Positions 19,122-29,126 of a stretch of 64,000 bases of DNA are shown piece by piece. The notes under the pieces are model-generated. The model worked only from the letters and a program-made list of their open reading frames with translations, was not told the origin of the DNA and did not search any database. The stretch spans positions 32,001 to 96,000 of the forward strand of contig JABCTZ010000017.1 in the NCBI GenBank assembly GCA_018238155.1. Reading direction: 5' to 3'. The DNA is from Candidatus Heimdallarchaeota archaeon. Lineage in GTDB: Archaea > Asgardarchaeota > Heimdallarchaeia > JABLTI01. Each line of letters opens with the position of its first letter. Position 1 is the stretch's first letter. The translations under genes were made by a program, and so were the position numbers.

Positions 19122-19520
19122 ATGATTGCTATTACAAAAGAATTCAAACAAATGTTGAAAGAATTGTTTGATGCTCGAGAAGTTACAGAGATGTCCGTAG
19201 AGGACCTAGTTAACCTTCTATCCGTGAGCTTAGATGAATTGAGAATATTGCTGAAAGATGAGCAGATAAGAACAGAATACAAACTCACACAAGCAAATGA
19301 TGGATCAGAATATGTGAAAAGATTCCTTCAAACAATATTAGAAGGGAAACAAATGACAATCTCACTTAATATCCAATGGGACAATATCGGTGGATGCCCA
19401 TGTTTCACCTGTCATGAACTTGATAGATGTGATATTGGTAACCCAATCTCTTCAGTTGATTGCCCATTGTTTAGTCGATGGTTATTTACTGAACCCCAAC
19501 AGGAAGAAGAAGAAGAGTAG
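19122..19520 (+). CDS. RPC34/TFEbeta-like protein with C-terminal Fe-S motif
   Basis: PCFTC-x5-C-x5-IS-x3-C-x5-WL, matching the RPC34/TFEbeta cluster-binding pattern. Confidence 0.72.
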   Translation: MIAITKEFKQMLKELFDAREVTEMSVEDLVNLLSVSLDELRILLKDEQIRTEYKLTQANDGSEYVKRFLQTILEGKQMTISLNIQWDNIGGCPCFTCHELDRCDIGNPISSVDCPLFSRWLFTEPQQEEEEE

Positions 19521-19674
19521 CTCTAGCTAGATCTTTTTTATCTTCTTATTTATCCTTTTACTTTCTTAGTTTGAATCAAAGGGCTAATAAAAACAGTAAA
19601 ATTGTTTTTTGGTTTTCTTAAACATGACTTACTTTTTAAAGGGAATCTCTTCAATTTGTAACAAGGTGAATTTC

Positions 19675-20325
19675 TTGAGCCATAGAGAACGAATGAGACG
19701 TAGAGAATTTTATTACCGAGAAGCACAACGAATAGGTTATCGCTCTCGAGCAACCTTTAAGCTCAAACAGATTCAAGAAAAATTCACTGTATTCAAAATA
19801 GGTGATATTGTTCTCGATGTTGGTGCAGCTCCTGGTGGGTGGAGTCAAATTGCAACAGAATTTGTTGGTATCCCTGGAAGGGTTTATGCTGTTGATTTGG
19901 ATTTCATTGAACCTATTGATTTTGTAATTTCTATTCAAGGAGATATCACTGATAGAAAAACCCATGAACGTCTTAAAACTCTCATAGGTGAGCCTGTTGA
20001 TATTATTATAAGCGATTTGAGTCCAAAAGTAACTGGTAATTGGTCTACCGACCAAGCAAGACAAATATTCCTTTCAGAACAAGCTCTTAGATTAGCTGTT
20101 TCCGGTCTTTTAAAACAAGGCGGAAAATTTGTGAGCAAGGTTTTCCAAGGGGATCTTTATGAACAATTTCTAGCAATTGTAAAACAATTATTTACCGTTG
20201 TCTATTTATATAAACCAAAAGCTTCTCGAAAAGGAAGTGCTGAAATTTACGTTATTGCAAAGGGATTAAAGAAAGGACCAAGGAAGAAGCGAAAACCCAC
20301 TAAGAAGGTGGAACAAGATGATTAA
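19675..20325 (+). CDS. rlmE: 23S rRNA 2'-O-methyltransferase RlmE/FtsJ
   Basis: YRSRA.FKL, DVGAAPGGWSQ, SD.SP, KP.ASR..SAE.Y. Confidence 0.94.
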   Translation: MSHRERMRRREFYYREAQRIGYRSRATFKLKQIQEKFTVFKIGDIVLDVGAAPGGWSQIATEFVGIPGRVYAVDLDFIEPIDFVISIQGDITDRKTHERLKTLIGEPVDIIISDLSPKVTGNWSTDQARQIFLSEQALRLAVSGLLKQGGKFVSKVFQGDLYEQFLAIVKQLFTVVYLYKPKASRKGSAEIYVIAKGLKKGPRKKRKPTKKVEQDD

Positions 20326-21547
20326 GTATCCTTTAGCAAAGGTCATTGAAGGACAAACAACAATCATCGTACCCGATGTAGAAGCTTTTAGAAAGTCTCC
20401 CTCAAGTTTCCCGCCTTCAGATGCCCCTGTTTTTTACAATAAAAAGATGGAAATCAATCGAGATTTTGCTCTTGCTCTATTACGAGTGTACCTTAATAAG
20501 AAAGAAATTGAGGATGAAGTTACTTACTGTGAACCAATGGCTGGAAGTGGCATCCGTTCTATTCGTGTAGCAAATGAGCTGCCTTCTATACAAGTGCTAA
20601 TGAATGATCGAAATCCTCAAGCAGTAAAGCTTATCAAGGAAAACGTCAAACGATTAAAATTAAAAAAACATACTGAGGTTTTTGAAGAGGATGCTAATGA
20701 ATTAATGCTGCGTTTTCGAGCCTCGGGGAGGAAAATAGATATCATAGATTTGGACCCATTTGGATCACCATCACAGTTCATAGATGTGACTGCACAAACA
20801 ATAAGTAAAAATGGTCTGTTGGCAGTTACCTCTACTGATATGGCTACAATGTGTGGTGTGTACCCTAAAGCATGTATACGGAAATATGCATCAAAACCAA
20901 TTCATTCATTCATTAGTCATGAATTAGCTGTAAGAATGATGTTAGGGTTCACTGCAATAGCTTTAGCACGACATGGAAAAAGTGCGGTACCGATTTTTGC
21001 TCATAGTACTGAGCATTTTATTAGAGCATATATAATAATTGAGAAAGGTATTACCAAAGCAAAGAATGCAATGACAAATTTAGGTTTTGTTGCTCATTGC
21101 AATAATTGTTATAGTCTTGAAACGGTAAATGGATTGATCAATACTCTTGCGAAGCAATGTTCCAATTGTGAGCAAATACGTCAAATAGGTGGTCCTATCT
21201 GGCTAGGTAAAATGTATGAGAAGGATTATGTTAAAGCTTTGGAAAATGAATTGGTTCAAAATGCAATTGCTTATGGTACTACAAAGAAAATGCTCAAAAT
21301 TGTTTCTTTAGTAAAAGAGGAAGTTGAAGCAGAAGTTTCCTCAGAAAAAAATCATTTTTACTTTGACATACATCGAATAACTGATAAATTAAATTTACCC
21401 TCGCCAAAAATGGTCAAAGTAATTGCCATCCTTCAAAAAGGAGGTTTCATTGCTTTTAGAACTCATTTCAGAACAAATTCGATTAAAACTGATGCTCCAA
21501 TTGAAAAAGTAGTTGAAACAGTGAAACAAGCTATCCAAGAAAAGTAA
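20318..21547 (+). CDS. trm1: tRNA (guanine26-N2)-dimethyltransferase
   Basis: VFYN..M..NRD, GSGIRSIR, IDLDPFGSP, GPIW.G, RTHF, KTDAP. Confidence 0.95.
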   Translation: MIKYPLAKVIEGQTTIIVPDVEAFRKSPSSFPPSDAPVFYNKKMEINRDFALALLRVYLNKKEIEDEVTYCEPMAGSGIRSIRVANELPSIQVLMNDRNPQAVKLIKENVKRLKLKKHTEVFEEDANELMLRFRASGRKIDIIDLDPFGSPSQFIDVTAQTISKNGLLAVTSTDMATMCGVYPKACIRKYASKPIHSFISHELAVRMMLGFTAIALARHGKSAVPIFAHSTEHFIRAYIIIEKGITKAKNAMTNLGFVAHCNNCYSLETVNGLINTLAKQCSNCEQIRQIGGPIWLGKMYEKDYVKALENELVQNAIAYGTTKKMLKIVSLVKEEVEAEVSSEKNHFYFDIHRITDKLNLPSPKMVKVIAILQKGGFIAFRTHFRTNSIKTDAPIEKVVETVKQAIQEK

Positions 21548-21589
21548 TTTTTAAGACAATCCTTTTGTTTCAAGAAGGTAGAGAATACT

Positions 21590-22267
21590 TTGAAGCCAAT
21601 GTATCTTGCCGGAGTAGATGAAGCAGGACGAGGTCCCGTTTTAGGTCCCCTAGTAGTTGCTGGAGTAGTTTTACACCAAGATGATTTACCACAACTAGTT
21701 GAAAATGGGCTTGCAGATTCTAAACTCGTTCCAAAGGAAAAACGAGAACGCCTATATCAAACTATTTTAGCCAAAGCAATTGATTATAAAGTAATTATCA
21801 TTGAAGCATCAGATATTGATAGTCAAAGAGCACAAGCAATAAACCTGAATAAAATTGAAATGAATTCCTTTGTTGAAATATTACTTTTAATGAAAAAATG
21901 GTCAAAGGCTTTTGTTGATGCTTGCGATAGAAATGCTAATCGATTTCAATTAACATTACAAAATAGAGTGAGTACTAATATCGTTGCAGAGCATTTTGCA
22001 GATCAAACCTACCCCATTGTTTCTGCAGCATCAATTATTGCCAAGGTTGTTCGTGATAGGGAAATAGAAAAATATCACAATGAATATGGTGTGGACTTTG
22101 GTAGTGGGTACCCACACGATTCAAAAACAAATCAGTTTCTAAACGACTACATTTCTAAATATGGTAAATTACCGTTGGTTGCCCGAAAAAGTTGGGAAAC
22201 ATCAAGAAGAGTTGTTGAAATATACGAACAAAGAAATTTGGATGAGTTCTTTTCAAACGCTGAATAG
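21590..22267 (+). CDS. rnhB: Ribonuclease HII
   Basis: GVDEAGRGPVLGP, DSK, VSAASI.AKV.RD, GSGYP.D. Confidence 0.96.
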   Translation: MKPMYLAGVDEAGRGPVLGPLVVAGVVLHQDDLPQLVENGLADSKLVPKEKRERLYQTILAKAIDYKVIIIEASDIDSQRAQAINLNKIEMNSFVEILLLMKKWSKAFVDACDRNANRFQLTLQNRVSTNIVAEHFADQTYPIVSAASIIAKVVRDREIEKYHNEYGVDFGSGYPHDSKTNQFLNDYISKYGKLPLVARKSWETSRRVVEIYEQRNLDEFFSNAE

Positions 22268-22274
22268 GACAACA

Positions 22275-23258
22275 TTATTTTTCCTTGTTATCTTTTTTCT
22301 TCTTTAATTTTGTGAGTTCATCAATAGAGAGAATAGGGACTCCTTTGAATTCTTTCTGATCAATTTCAGAACCAACTATAACCAAAGGATTAGCATCGGC
22401 AATTCTGGATACATTGTAAGTTACAAGTATTTTTTTAGTAAAATCATCTCCACTAGGCTTTCGTGTTATTCCAGTAATAGTTGTAATTGATTTTTCAAAT
22501 TCATCGATCTTATCGACCGATTTTGCTAACACTCTAAATGGCAATTTTTTCGTCCAAAGCTGATCCTTCATTCCTAAGGAATCAAAATGTTTTTTGACAT
22601 CTTTTTCAAGTTCACTTCTTGGTGCTCCAGAATATTTCTCAGGTTGAGTAACAGACCCTATCCTTTGCATTTCATCGAACAAGTTTATTGCTAAGGTTAA
22701 GGGTTCATCAAGGAATTCTTCAATCATCATTGCTGTCTCTAGAGAGACGTTGATCTTCCCACGTTCATACTCATATACAGCTCGCTTTGATATACCCACT
22801 TCTCGGGCTAGATCACTTAAGCTAAGGTTTTTTCCAACTCTTTTTTCTTTCAAAAGGTCGCCATCAAACCTAACTTTGAACCCGCCACGGTAGGCAAAGA
22901 TGAGAGGAGGAATTTTGTGGAGCAGCAGATTTCGAAGAGTTTCGAGAGAAACTACTGGAATTTCATAGCGAGAATAAACAACACCATCTTCAATAACTGA
23001 ATTTCTTCGAATATTTTTTCCAACAATAAGTGGAAGACCTCCAAGCATTGAAGAAAGTTTTCGAAGTTCATAAGCTTGATCTTCACGGAGGTTATCGATA
23101 GTTTCAATTATTTTTACTAACATTAGTAGATATTGTTTCTTTGCGATAATGTCGAAACAACCACCACAACCTAGTAAAGGAATCGATAGATCAAAATGGA
23201 GGGTCTCAAATAACTGAGTGATTCCTTGAATAAATTGTTGGTGTTTATCTACAATCAT
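22275..23258 (-). CDS. Conserved archaeal Cro/C1-type HTH transcriptional regulator
   Basis: FDIIA, PL..G, GVVY.R, GG..V, LS.LA..VGISKRAVYEYE. Confidence 0.85.
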   Translation of the reverse strand: MIVDKHQQFIQGITQLFETLHFDLSIPLLGCGGCFDIIAKKQYLLMLVKIIETIDNLREDQAYELRKLSSMLGGLPLIVGKNIRRNSVIEDGVVYSRYEIPVVSLETLRNLLLHKIPPLIFAYRGGFKVRFDGDLLKEKRVGKNLSLSDLAREVGISKRAVYEYERGKINVSLETAMMIEEFLDEPLTLAINLFDEMQRIGSVTQPEKYSGAPRSELEKDVKKHFDSLGMKDQLWTKKLPFRVLAKSVDKIDEFEKSITTITGITRKPSGDDFTKKILVTYNVSRIADANPLVIVGSEIDQKEFKGVPILSIDELTKLKKKKDNKEK

Positions 23259-23390
23259 TTTCTTATCCTTCGTACACTCATTGTATAATTGGACGGTTCT
23301 CTCAAATGAAAAAATAATCTTATTAGAAAGAAATTTGTCACAAGTGACTTTAAAGTCTTGCGTTTTTTACATGTGAGATGAAGAAAAAAA

Positions 23391-24392
23391 CTATCCTTTC
23401 TGCTTCCGAATAAGCAATTTTAATGGTTTTGCAAGGCGCTCATCCATAACGAATATTTTTATTCCAGATTTGAGATTCTTTTTATTTACGACCATTTTTC
23501 CGTCAAGAATAATTCCTTTAAGCATAAGCTTTGGATCTGCAAGACCAAAAGCATAAGCAATGCGAGTTGCGAGTTCTTCTATTGTTTCTCCATTTTCAAC
23601 TATGAATTTCGCTTCTTCAAGCTCATATTGTTCTCCACAAACAGGACACTTCTTATTTCGTGCTAACCTAATGGTTGTTGATGTACCTGAAAGACCATCA
23701 TAAAAGAAATAATTATCAAGGGGAGTTCCAATTTTCATTATTGTTTTTAATGCTTCTTGACTGAGAATGCCGCCGATAATCATAGATAGAGTTGCGACAG
23801 CAGGCATTGGAGCTTCTTTTTTCTTAGGTAAATGCTTTCGTTTTTTACCTACAGGAGAACAAGCTTGACTTAGCTTTTCTTGCGGAATTAGAGGTTGGCA
23901 TTCAAAACATGGAGTTTCATATGGAACGATTCTCTGTACATGCCCTAGAAAACCAAACATACCACCAGAGATGAGTGGTTTTTTCACATCTACTACCAAT
24001 GAGTTTAACCATCGACGAGCATCGAAGGAATCCAAACCAGCGATAATAACATCACATTCCTTGTAATATTTTCGCTTTACTTCTTCCAATCTCATAGGTA
24101 AGGAAATAACTTCGATTTCAGGATTTATTTCTCGTAACCGCTTAGCGGCAATTTCTGATTTGTATTTTCGAACATCTCGTTTTCGAAATAGAAATTGACG
24201 GTTCAAATTACTGTATTCAATAGTATCCATATCACAGAGGTATATATGACCAACACCACTTAAAGCTAAATTTGCGGCAACGAAAGAGCCAAGAGCACCA
24301 ACACCAGCTACTAGAGCAGTAGCTTTAGTAATACTATCTTGATTCCAATTTTTAATTCTCATTTGTCGGTCGTATCTTGACATACCTCTCAC
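23391..24392 (-). CDS. Ubiquitin-like activating enzyme E1 (Uba3-like, ThiF superfamily)
   Basis: GVGALG, D.DTIE.SNLNRQFLF, LD...ARRW.N, TPCFEC, candidate catalytic Cys in QACS, CPVC, C-terminal beta-grasp-like domain. Confidence 0.88.
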   Translation of the reverse strand: MRGMSRYDRQMRIKNWNQDSITKATALVAGVGALGSFVAANLALSGVGHIYLCDMDTIEYSNLNRQFLFRKRDVRKYKSEIAAKRLREINPEIEVISLPMRLEEVKRKYYKECDVIIAGLDSFDARRWLNSLVVDVKKPLISGGMFGFLGHVQRIVPYETPCFECQPLIPQEKLSQACSPVGKKRKHLPKKKEAPMPAVATLSMIIGGILSQEALKTIMKIGTPLDNYFFYDGLSGTSTTIRLARNKKCPVCGEQYELEEAKFIVENGETIEELATRIAYAFGLADPKLMLKGIILDGKMVVNKKNLKSGIKIFVMDERLAKPLKLLIRKQKG

Positions 24393-24581
24393 TCACAAGA
24401 AGTTTTATGCATTAGTCCGAAATAGTTTAGAACACAATTAACTCTTTCGTTTAAGAAATCACTCTAGGATTTTAATTGCTTTGATAATTCCCAAAGCAAT
24501 GATTTTTATACTAATTCAATCTGAAATAACACAGTAATTCTTAACAAAAAAATGAAGGTAAGAATTTTAAAAAATAAATAG

Positions 24582-25571
24582 GTGCAAAACAAGTTGCCAG
24601 AAGTTTACGAATGGCGTGGAGCCAGACCCGGAGACATAGTTTGGAGACACCCTGATGATAGAATTCAATGGGGCAGTCAAATTATTGTCAAGCAAAATCA
24701 AAACGCTATCCTTTTCAAAGAAGGAAAAGCTTATGATGTACTTTCACCAGGAAGACATTTCATCACAACCAAAAATCTTCCCTTAATAACTAAGTTATTA
24801 TCAAAGATTGTTGGTTATGACAGATCACCATTTAATGCTGAAGTTATTTTTATAAGTCTTAGTGATTTTAAAGGTAAATTTGGTGGTAGAACACAAACAA
24901 TGGACCTTGCTCCATTACAATTCCATGGGGAATATTTCTTTGAAATAAAAGAACCAACACCCTTCATTATGGAAGTTGTAGGAAACCAAAGTATCTACAA
25001 TTCTGCTGCAGCACTAGATTATCTCAGAGGATTCTTTGTGCAAACATCTATGGATAATTTATCAGGATTTAAACTGATCAAAGTAATGCAAGAATTGAAT
25101 GAAGTAAGCGAAGAGATTGAGAAAACAATCTATCAACAATTAACTAGATGGGGTATTAATCTCATTGATTTGAAATTCCTTGGAGTTGATACTACACCAG
25201 AATATCGTGACCGATTGTTCTGGATGCAATCAGGAGTTTCTGCTGATAAACTCATTACATTGAAAACAGTAGAAAAATCATCAGAACATCTTGGAAAATC
25301 ACCAGGAGCAGGTCTCGGTGCAGGTATGTTCCTCATGCCAGAATTAATGAGACAAGCCAATGAAACAAAATCATCTGGTAGAGCTGATCAAGAAGCAGTA
25401 GTTCAATGTGCAAAATGTGGACACGATTCTTCTCCAGCAGCGAAATTCTGTCCTTCGTGTGGGACCCAAATGGGTGTCAAACCAAGAAAAGCGGCAAAGT
25501 TCTGTACTAATTGCGGAGCTCAGGTTGATGGTAAATCCAAATTCTGTTCAGGATGCGGTGCTTCGTTTTAA
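24582..25571 (+). CDS. SPFH (band 7, YdjI-like) protein with double zinc ribbon
   Basis: GSQIIV...Q.A...KEG....L.PGRH, four CxxC pairs at the C-terminus. Confidence 0.88.
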   Translation: MQNKLPEVYEWRGARPGDIVWRHPDDRIQWGSQIIVKQNQNAILFKEGKAYDVLSPGRHFITTKNLPLITKLLSKIVGYDRSPFNAEVIFISLSDFKGKFGGRTQTMDLAPLQFHGEYFFEIKEPTPFIMEVVGNQSIYNSAAALDYLRGFFVQTSMDNLSGFKLIKVMQELNEVSEEIEKTIYQQLTRWGINLIDLKFLGVDTTPEYRDRLFWMQSGVSADKLITLKTVEKSSEHLGKSPGAGLGAGMFLMPELMRQANETKSSGRADQEAVVQCAKCGHDSSPAAKFCPSCGTQMGVKPRKAAKFCTNCGAQVDGKSKFCSGCGASF

Positions 25572-25772
25572 TTAGAAATCAAGTGGTTTCTAATTTATCC
25601 CCTCTTTTTTTCGGGGAATTTCCTTTCTTTTTCAAATAAACCTTCTTTCGATCATTTAATTTGAGTAGCAATTTCTTGAGTATAATTCTAACGAAAATAT
25701 TATCAAGTTCCAAAAGCAATGTAACGCGTTGACAAAAACTCTTTAGCAATTAGACAATTAAATAGACCGTTA

Positions 25773-26999
25773 GTGATTAAAATGAGTGAAGCGAAAACAC
25801 CAAGAAACGTTCATCTAAAAATAGTAAAAGAAAAACATAAACAATTACCTGCAATAATGAAAGAAGCAGCTATTGACTGTTGGGTTATTTTTACTCGAGA
25901 AACAGCACAAATATCAGAACCAGTAATGGATATTGTCGTAGGAGGAGATATAGTGTGGCATTCAGCATTTGTCTTCTCAAACATAAAAGGACAATTCAAG
26001 AAAACAGCAATAGTGGGAAATTATGATGTGAATGCTGAAAAAGATAAGGAGATTTGGGATGAAGTACTGGGATACAAAGAAGGGATTTCTGCTCTCCTAA
26101 AAGGATACATTGAGAAATTGGATTCAAAAAACATAGCACTAAATTATGATATAGATGATGTGTCCGCAGACGGACTAACTTATGGAATGTACCTAACTCT
26201 AGTGAAAATATTAGGTGAGAAAAAGGAACTATTCACAAGTGCAGCACCAATAATACAGAAATTGCGTGGACGAAAATCTGAAACAGAAATAGAGCTAGTA
26301 ACTAAAGCATGTTTACTAACAAAAGACATATACAAAAGGATAGGTGCACAAGTAAAAGTAGGGATGAATGAAGCCGAAATACAAAAGATGTTCCACGATG
26401 AAATGAACAAATTGGGAATAATAGAATCCTGGCAAAGAAACTCATGTCCATCCGTTGATGCAGGACCTGATAAAGAAATAGGTCATTCGGGACCACAACC
26501 AACAATAAAAGTGCAAAAGGGACAAACACTCCATTACGATTTTGGAGTGAAATTACATGGCTATTGTTCGGATATACAAAGAATGTATTTCTTCGGTGCA
26601 GAGAAAGATATCCCAGATGAATTGATACACGCATTTGATACTGTGTATAAAGCAATAACACTCTCAGCAGAATTCATAAAACCAGGGGTAAAAGGACATG
26701 AAGTAGATAAAATAGCCCGGAACCACGTAATCTCGAGAGGATATGAAGAATACGGGCATGCATTAGGTCATCAAGTAGGAAGACAAGCGCACGATGGAGG
26801 AACATTATTGGGTCCATTATGGGAACGATATGGAAATATTCCAAAAGGTGTAGTAGAAGAAAATATGATTTTTACTTTAGAACTAAATGTTAAAACAAAG
26901 AATTATGGTTATGTTTCCTTAGAGGAAGATATAGTAATAACAAAAGATGGTTGTAGATTTCTAATTCCACGACAAGAAAAATTCATAATAATTGACTGA
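25773..26999 (+). CDS. Xaa-Pro peptidase (M24 family)
   Basis: DFG....GYCSD, HALGH.VG..AHD, LE, EEDI. Confidence 0.92.
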   Translation: MIKMSEAKTPRNVHLKIVKEKHKQLPAIMKEAAIDCWVIFTRETAQISEPVMDIVVGGDIVWHSAFVFSNIKGQFKKTAIVGNYDVNAEKDKEIWDEVLGYKEGISALLKGYIEKLDSKNIALNYDIDDVSADGLTYGMYLTLVKILGEKKELFTSAAPIIQKLRGRKSETEIELVTKACLLTKDIYKRIGAQVKVGMNEAEIQKMFHDEMNKLGIIESWQRNSCPSVDAGPDKEIGHSGPQPTIKVQKGQTLHYDFGVKLHGYCSDIQRMYFFGAEKDIPDELIHAFDTVYKAITLSAEFIKPGVKGHEVDKIARNHVISRGYEEYGHALGHQVGRQAHDGGTLLGPLWERYGNIPKGVVEENMIFTLELNVKTKNYGYVSLEEDIVITKDGCRFLIPRQEKFIIID

Positions 27000-27334
27000 A
27001 TGCTAACAAAAATCATTATAGAAAGAAAAAACAAGGGAAGAGAAAAGGACTAGTTCTTTCTCTCAATTCTTTTTCTACTTTCGAATTAACAATAAATATT
27101 GATACTACCAACATAAGAAAAATTAGTCGCATTTTTTTTTCAAGCAATCAAAAAAACTACTTTTTATCTTAGATTCTTTTCGGAATAATAATGAGAATGA
27201 ACGATCTTTCCTTTTAGATTATTTTGGATCTTTCAGAGAGGATGTTTGTAAGTAACTATTAAAGTCAAATAATCTCAACAATTATTAACAAAAAATCCAT
27301 TTGTAGTAGTGATTAGTAGAATAATCAGTTGTAG

Positions 27335-28354
27335 ATGATTTATACCATGACCAAATTAGTGCTAGCTGGAACAATTCGTGCTGATATTGGAATGCCCCGG
27401 GGCATTGATCTATTGCTTTCTGGAAAAAGTGCTCTAGATGCTATTGAGGAGACAATCAAAATTGTTGAGGATAATCAGGATGATTGGACCGTTGGATCAG
27501 GTGGTTTACCAAACCTTCTTGGTGAGGTTGAACTCGACGCTTCAATAATGGACGGGACAACTCTTCGTGCAGGCGCTGTTGCTAGTATTAAGAACTATAA
27601 GAATCCCATTTCTATTGCTCGGAAAGTCATGGAGAAAACTCCTCACGTTTTACTGGTTGGAGAGGGTGCTAGCCAATTTGCAAAGATAATGGGTTTTGAG
27701 CAAGCAGAATTATTGACTGAAAATGCTCAAGACATGCACAAAGATTTCTTGGAAGGAAAGGGAATAATCAAGAAATCATATGACACTGAAAAATCTTTCA
27801 AAACCAAAGAACGATATTTCAAATCATTTCAAGATATGGTTCAAAATGCCAAGCTTATGGATTGGTATCGTGATTACGTTGCAAATAATCATGGAACAGT
27901 TAACATCCTTGCAAAAGATATAAACGATAATATTTGCTGTGGAGTGTCCACCTCGGGATTATCTTTTAAATTTCCAGGAAGAGCAGGTGATTCTCCAATT
28001 ATTGGAGCAGGAAATTATGCTGATAGTCGGTATGGCGCAGCTGCATGTGTAGGAATGGGTGAACTGGTCATTCGTTTATCTCTTGCTCGAATAGCTGTCT
28101 ATGAACTCTCTAAAGGAGCAACTGTAGAAGAAGCAGCTGTTAATGCGATAAAATCTTTGAAGGATTTAGCTCCAGATCAAGGTTCAGTTTCAATTTTGGT
28201 TATGGGTAAAGATGGAAAAGTCACTGCTGCTTGTAATTGGAAAAATTACTATTATTGGATAGCCACTTCAGATGAACCTATTCTACAAAAGAAAGAATGT
28301 ATTTATGTTGATCTAGCATTAGAAGAAATTAATGGTGTTGGTTATCATCGTTAA
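27335..28354 (+). CDS. Isoaspartyl peptidase / glycosylasparaginase (Ntn hydrolase)
   Basis: ELDASIMDG, HGTV nucleophile, STSG...K.PGR.GDSPIIGAG. Confidence 0.92.
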   Translation: MIYTMTKLVLAGTIRADIGMPRGIDLLLSGKSALDAIEETIKIVEDNQDDWTVGSGGLPNLLGEVELDASIMDGTTLRAGAVASIKNYKNPISIARKVMEKTPHVLLVGEGASQFAKIMGFEQAELLTENAQDMHKDFLEGKGIIKKSYDTEKSFKTKERYFKSFQDMVQNAKLMDWYRDYVANNHGTVNILAKDINDNICCGVSTSGLSFKFPGRAGDSPIIGAGNYADSRYGAAACVGMGELVIRLSLARIAVYELSKGATVEEAAVNAIKSLKDLAPDQGSVSILVMGKDGKVTAACNWKNYYYWIATSDEPILQKKECIYVDLALEEINGVGYHR

Positions 28355-28556
28355 GATTTTTTTAAAAAGAGGTTAAGAGACGTTAATTAACCTTCTTGGT
28401 TTTTTTCTTGTTGTTGTTGTTATCGTCTTCTTCATACCAACCTACGAGAAAGTGATTTGTGTATTGAGATATGTTTTATATTTAGCTAATTATGCACAAA
28501 AAATAATAAGGAGATTAAAGTTAGAGAATATAATTTAGCAATATGAGGGATCAACA

Positions 28557-29075
28557 ATTTCAAATGAAGATGAAACCAATATCTACACTGCGAGTGCAAG
28601 ACGAGCTTTTATAGTCAAGAACCCAGTTCCAGAAGAGAAACTGTTAGCTGGAAATGAAATTATGATTGGGTGGTCCAAAGCTGAAGGATTATTAGATGAG
28701 AAATTATCTCGAGATGATTTTCGAGAAATTATTCATAAAGAATATTTTCCGCGGGAAGAGAATAAGCGTCGCTCAGGACAAGTTGCTGGTGATCTCTGGC
28801 GATTCATTCGCGATATGAAATTAAATCATTATGTTCTCATACCAACAAAAGATGGATTCTTCATTGGACAGATTACTGGTCCATCAACATATGATGAAAT
28901 GAAAATCTTTAATGATACTGCATATCATAGAAAAGTGGAATGGTTAAATGATAAGAAATCTGTCCCCTATAAAATGATCACTGAAGAGCTGCAAAAGAAG
29001 ATGAAATCAATTCAATCAGTTATTGATGCAACTGTTCTTTATGATGAAATTGAATTTGCCTTAAGACATCTGTAA
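28557..29075 (+). CDS. Stand-alone N-terminal domain of Mrr-type restriction proteins (no nuclease domain)
   Basis: IMIGWS, AG..WRF.RDM, YHRKVEWL; frame open upstream of ATG 28662 to a putative ATT start at 28557. Confidence 0.55.
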   Translation: MSNEDETNIYTASARRAFIVKNPVPEEKLLAGNEIMIGWSKAEGLLDEKLSRDDFREIIHKEYFPREENKRRSGQVAGDLWRFIRDMKLNHYVLIPTKDGFFIGQITGPSTYDEMKIFNDTAYHRKVEWLNDKKSVPYKMITEELQKKMKSIQSVIDATVLYDEIEFALRHL

Positions 29076-29126
29076 ACATGAAGTAGCTAATGAATCCAAT
29101 AATGATAGATTATTGGACTATTATCT

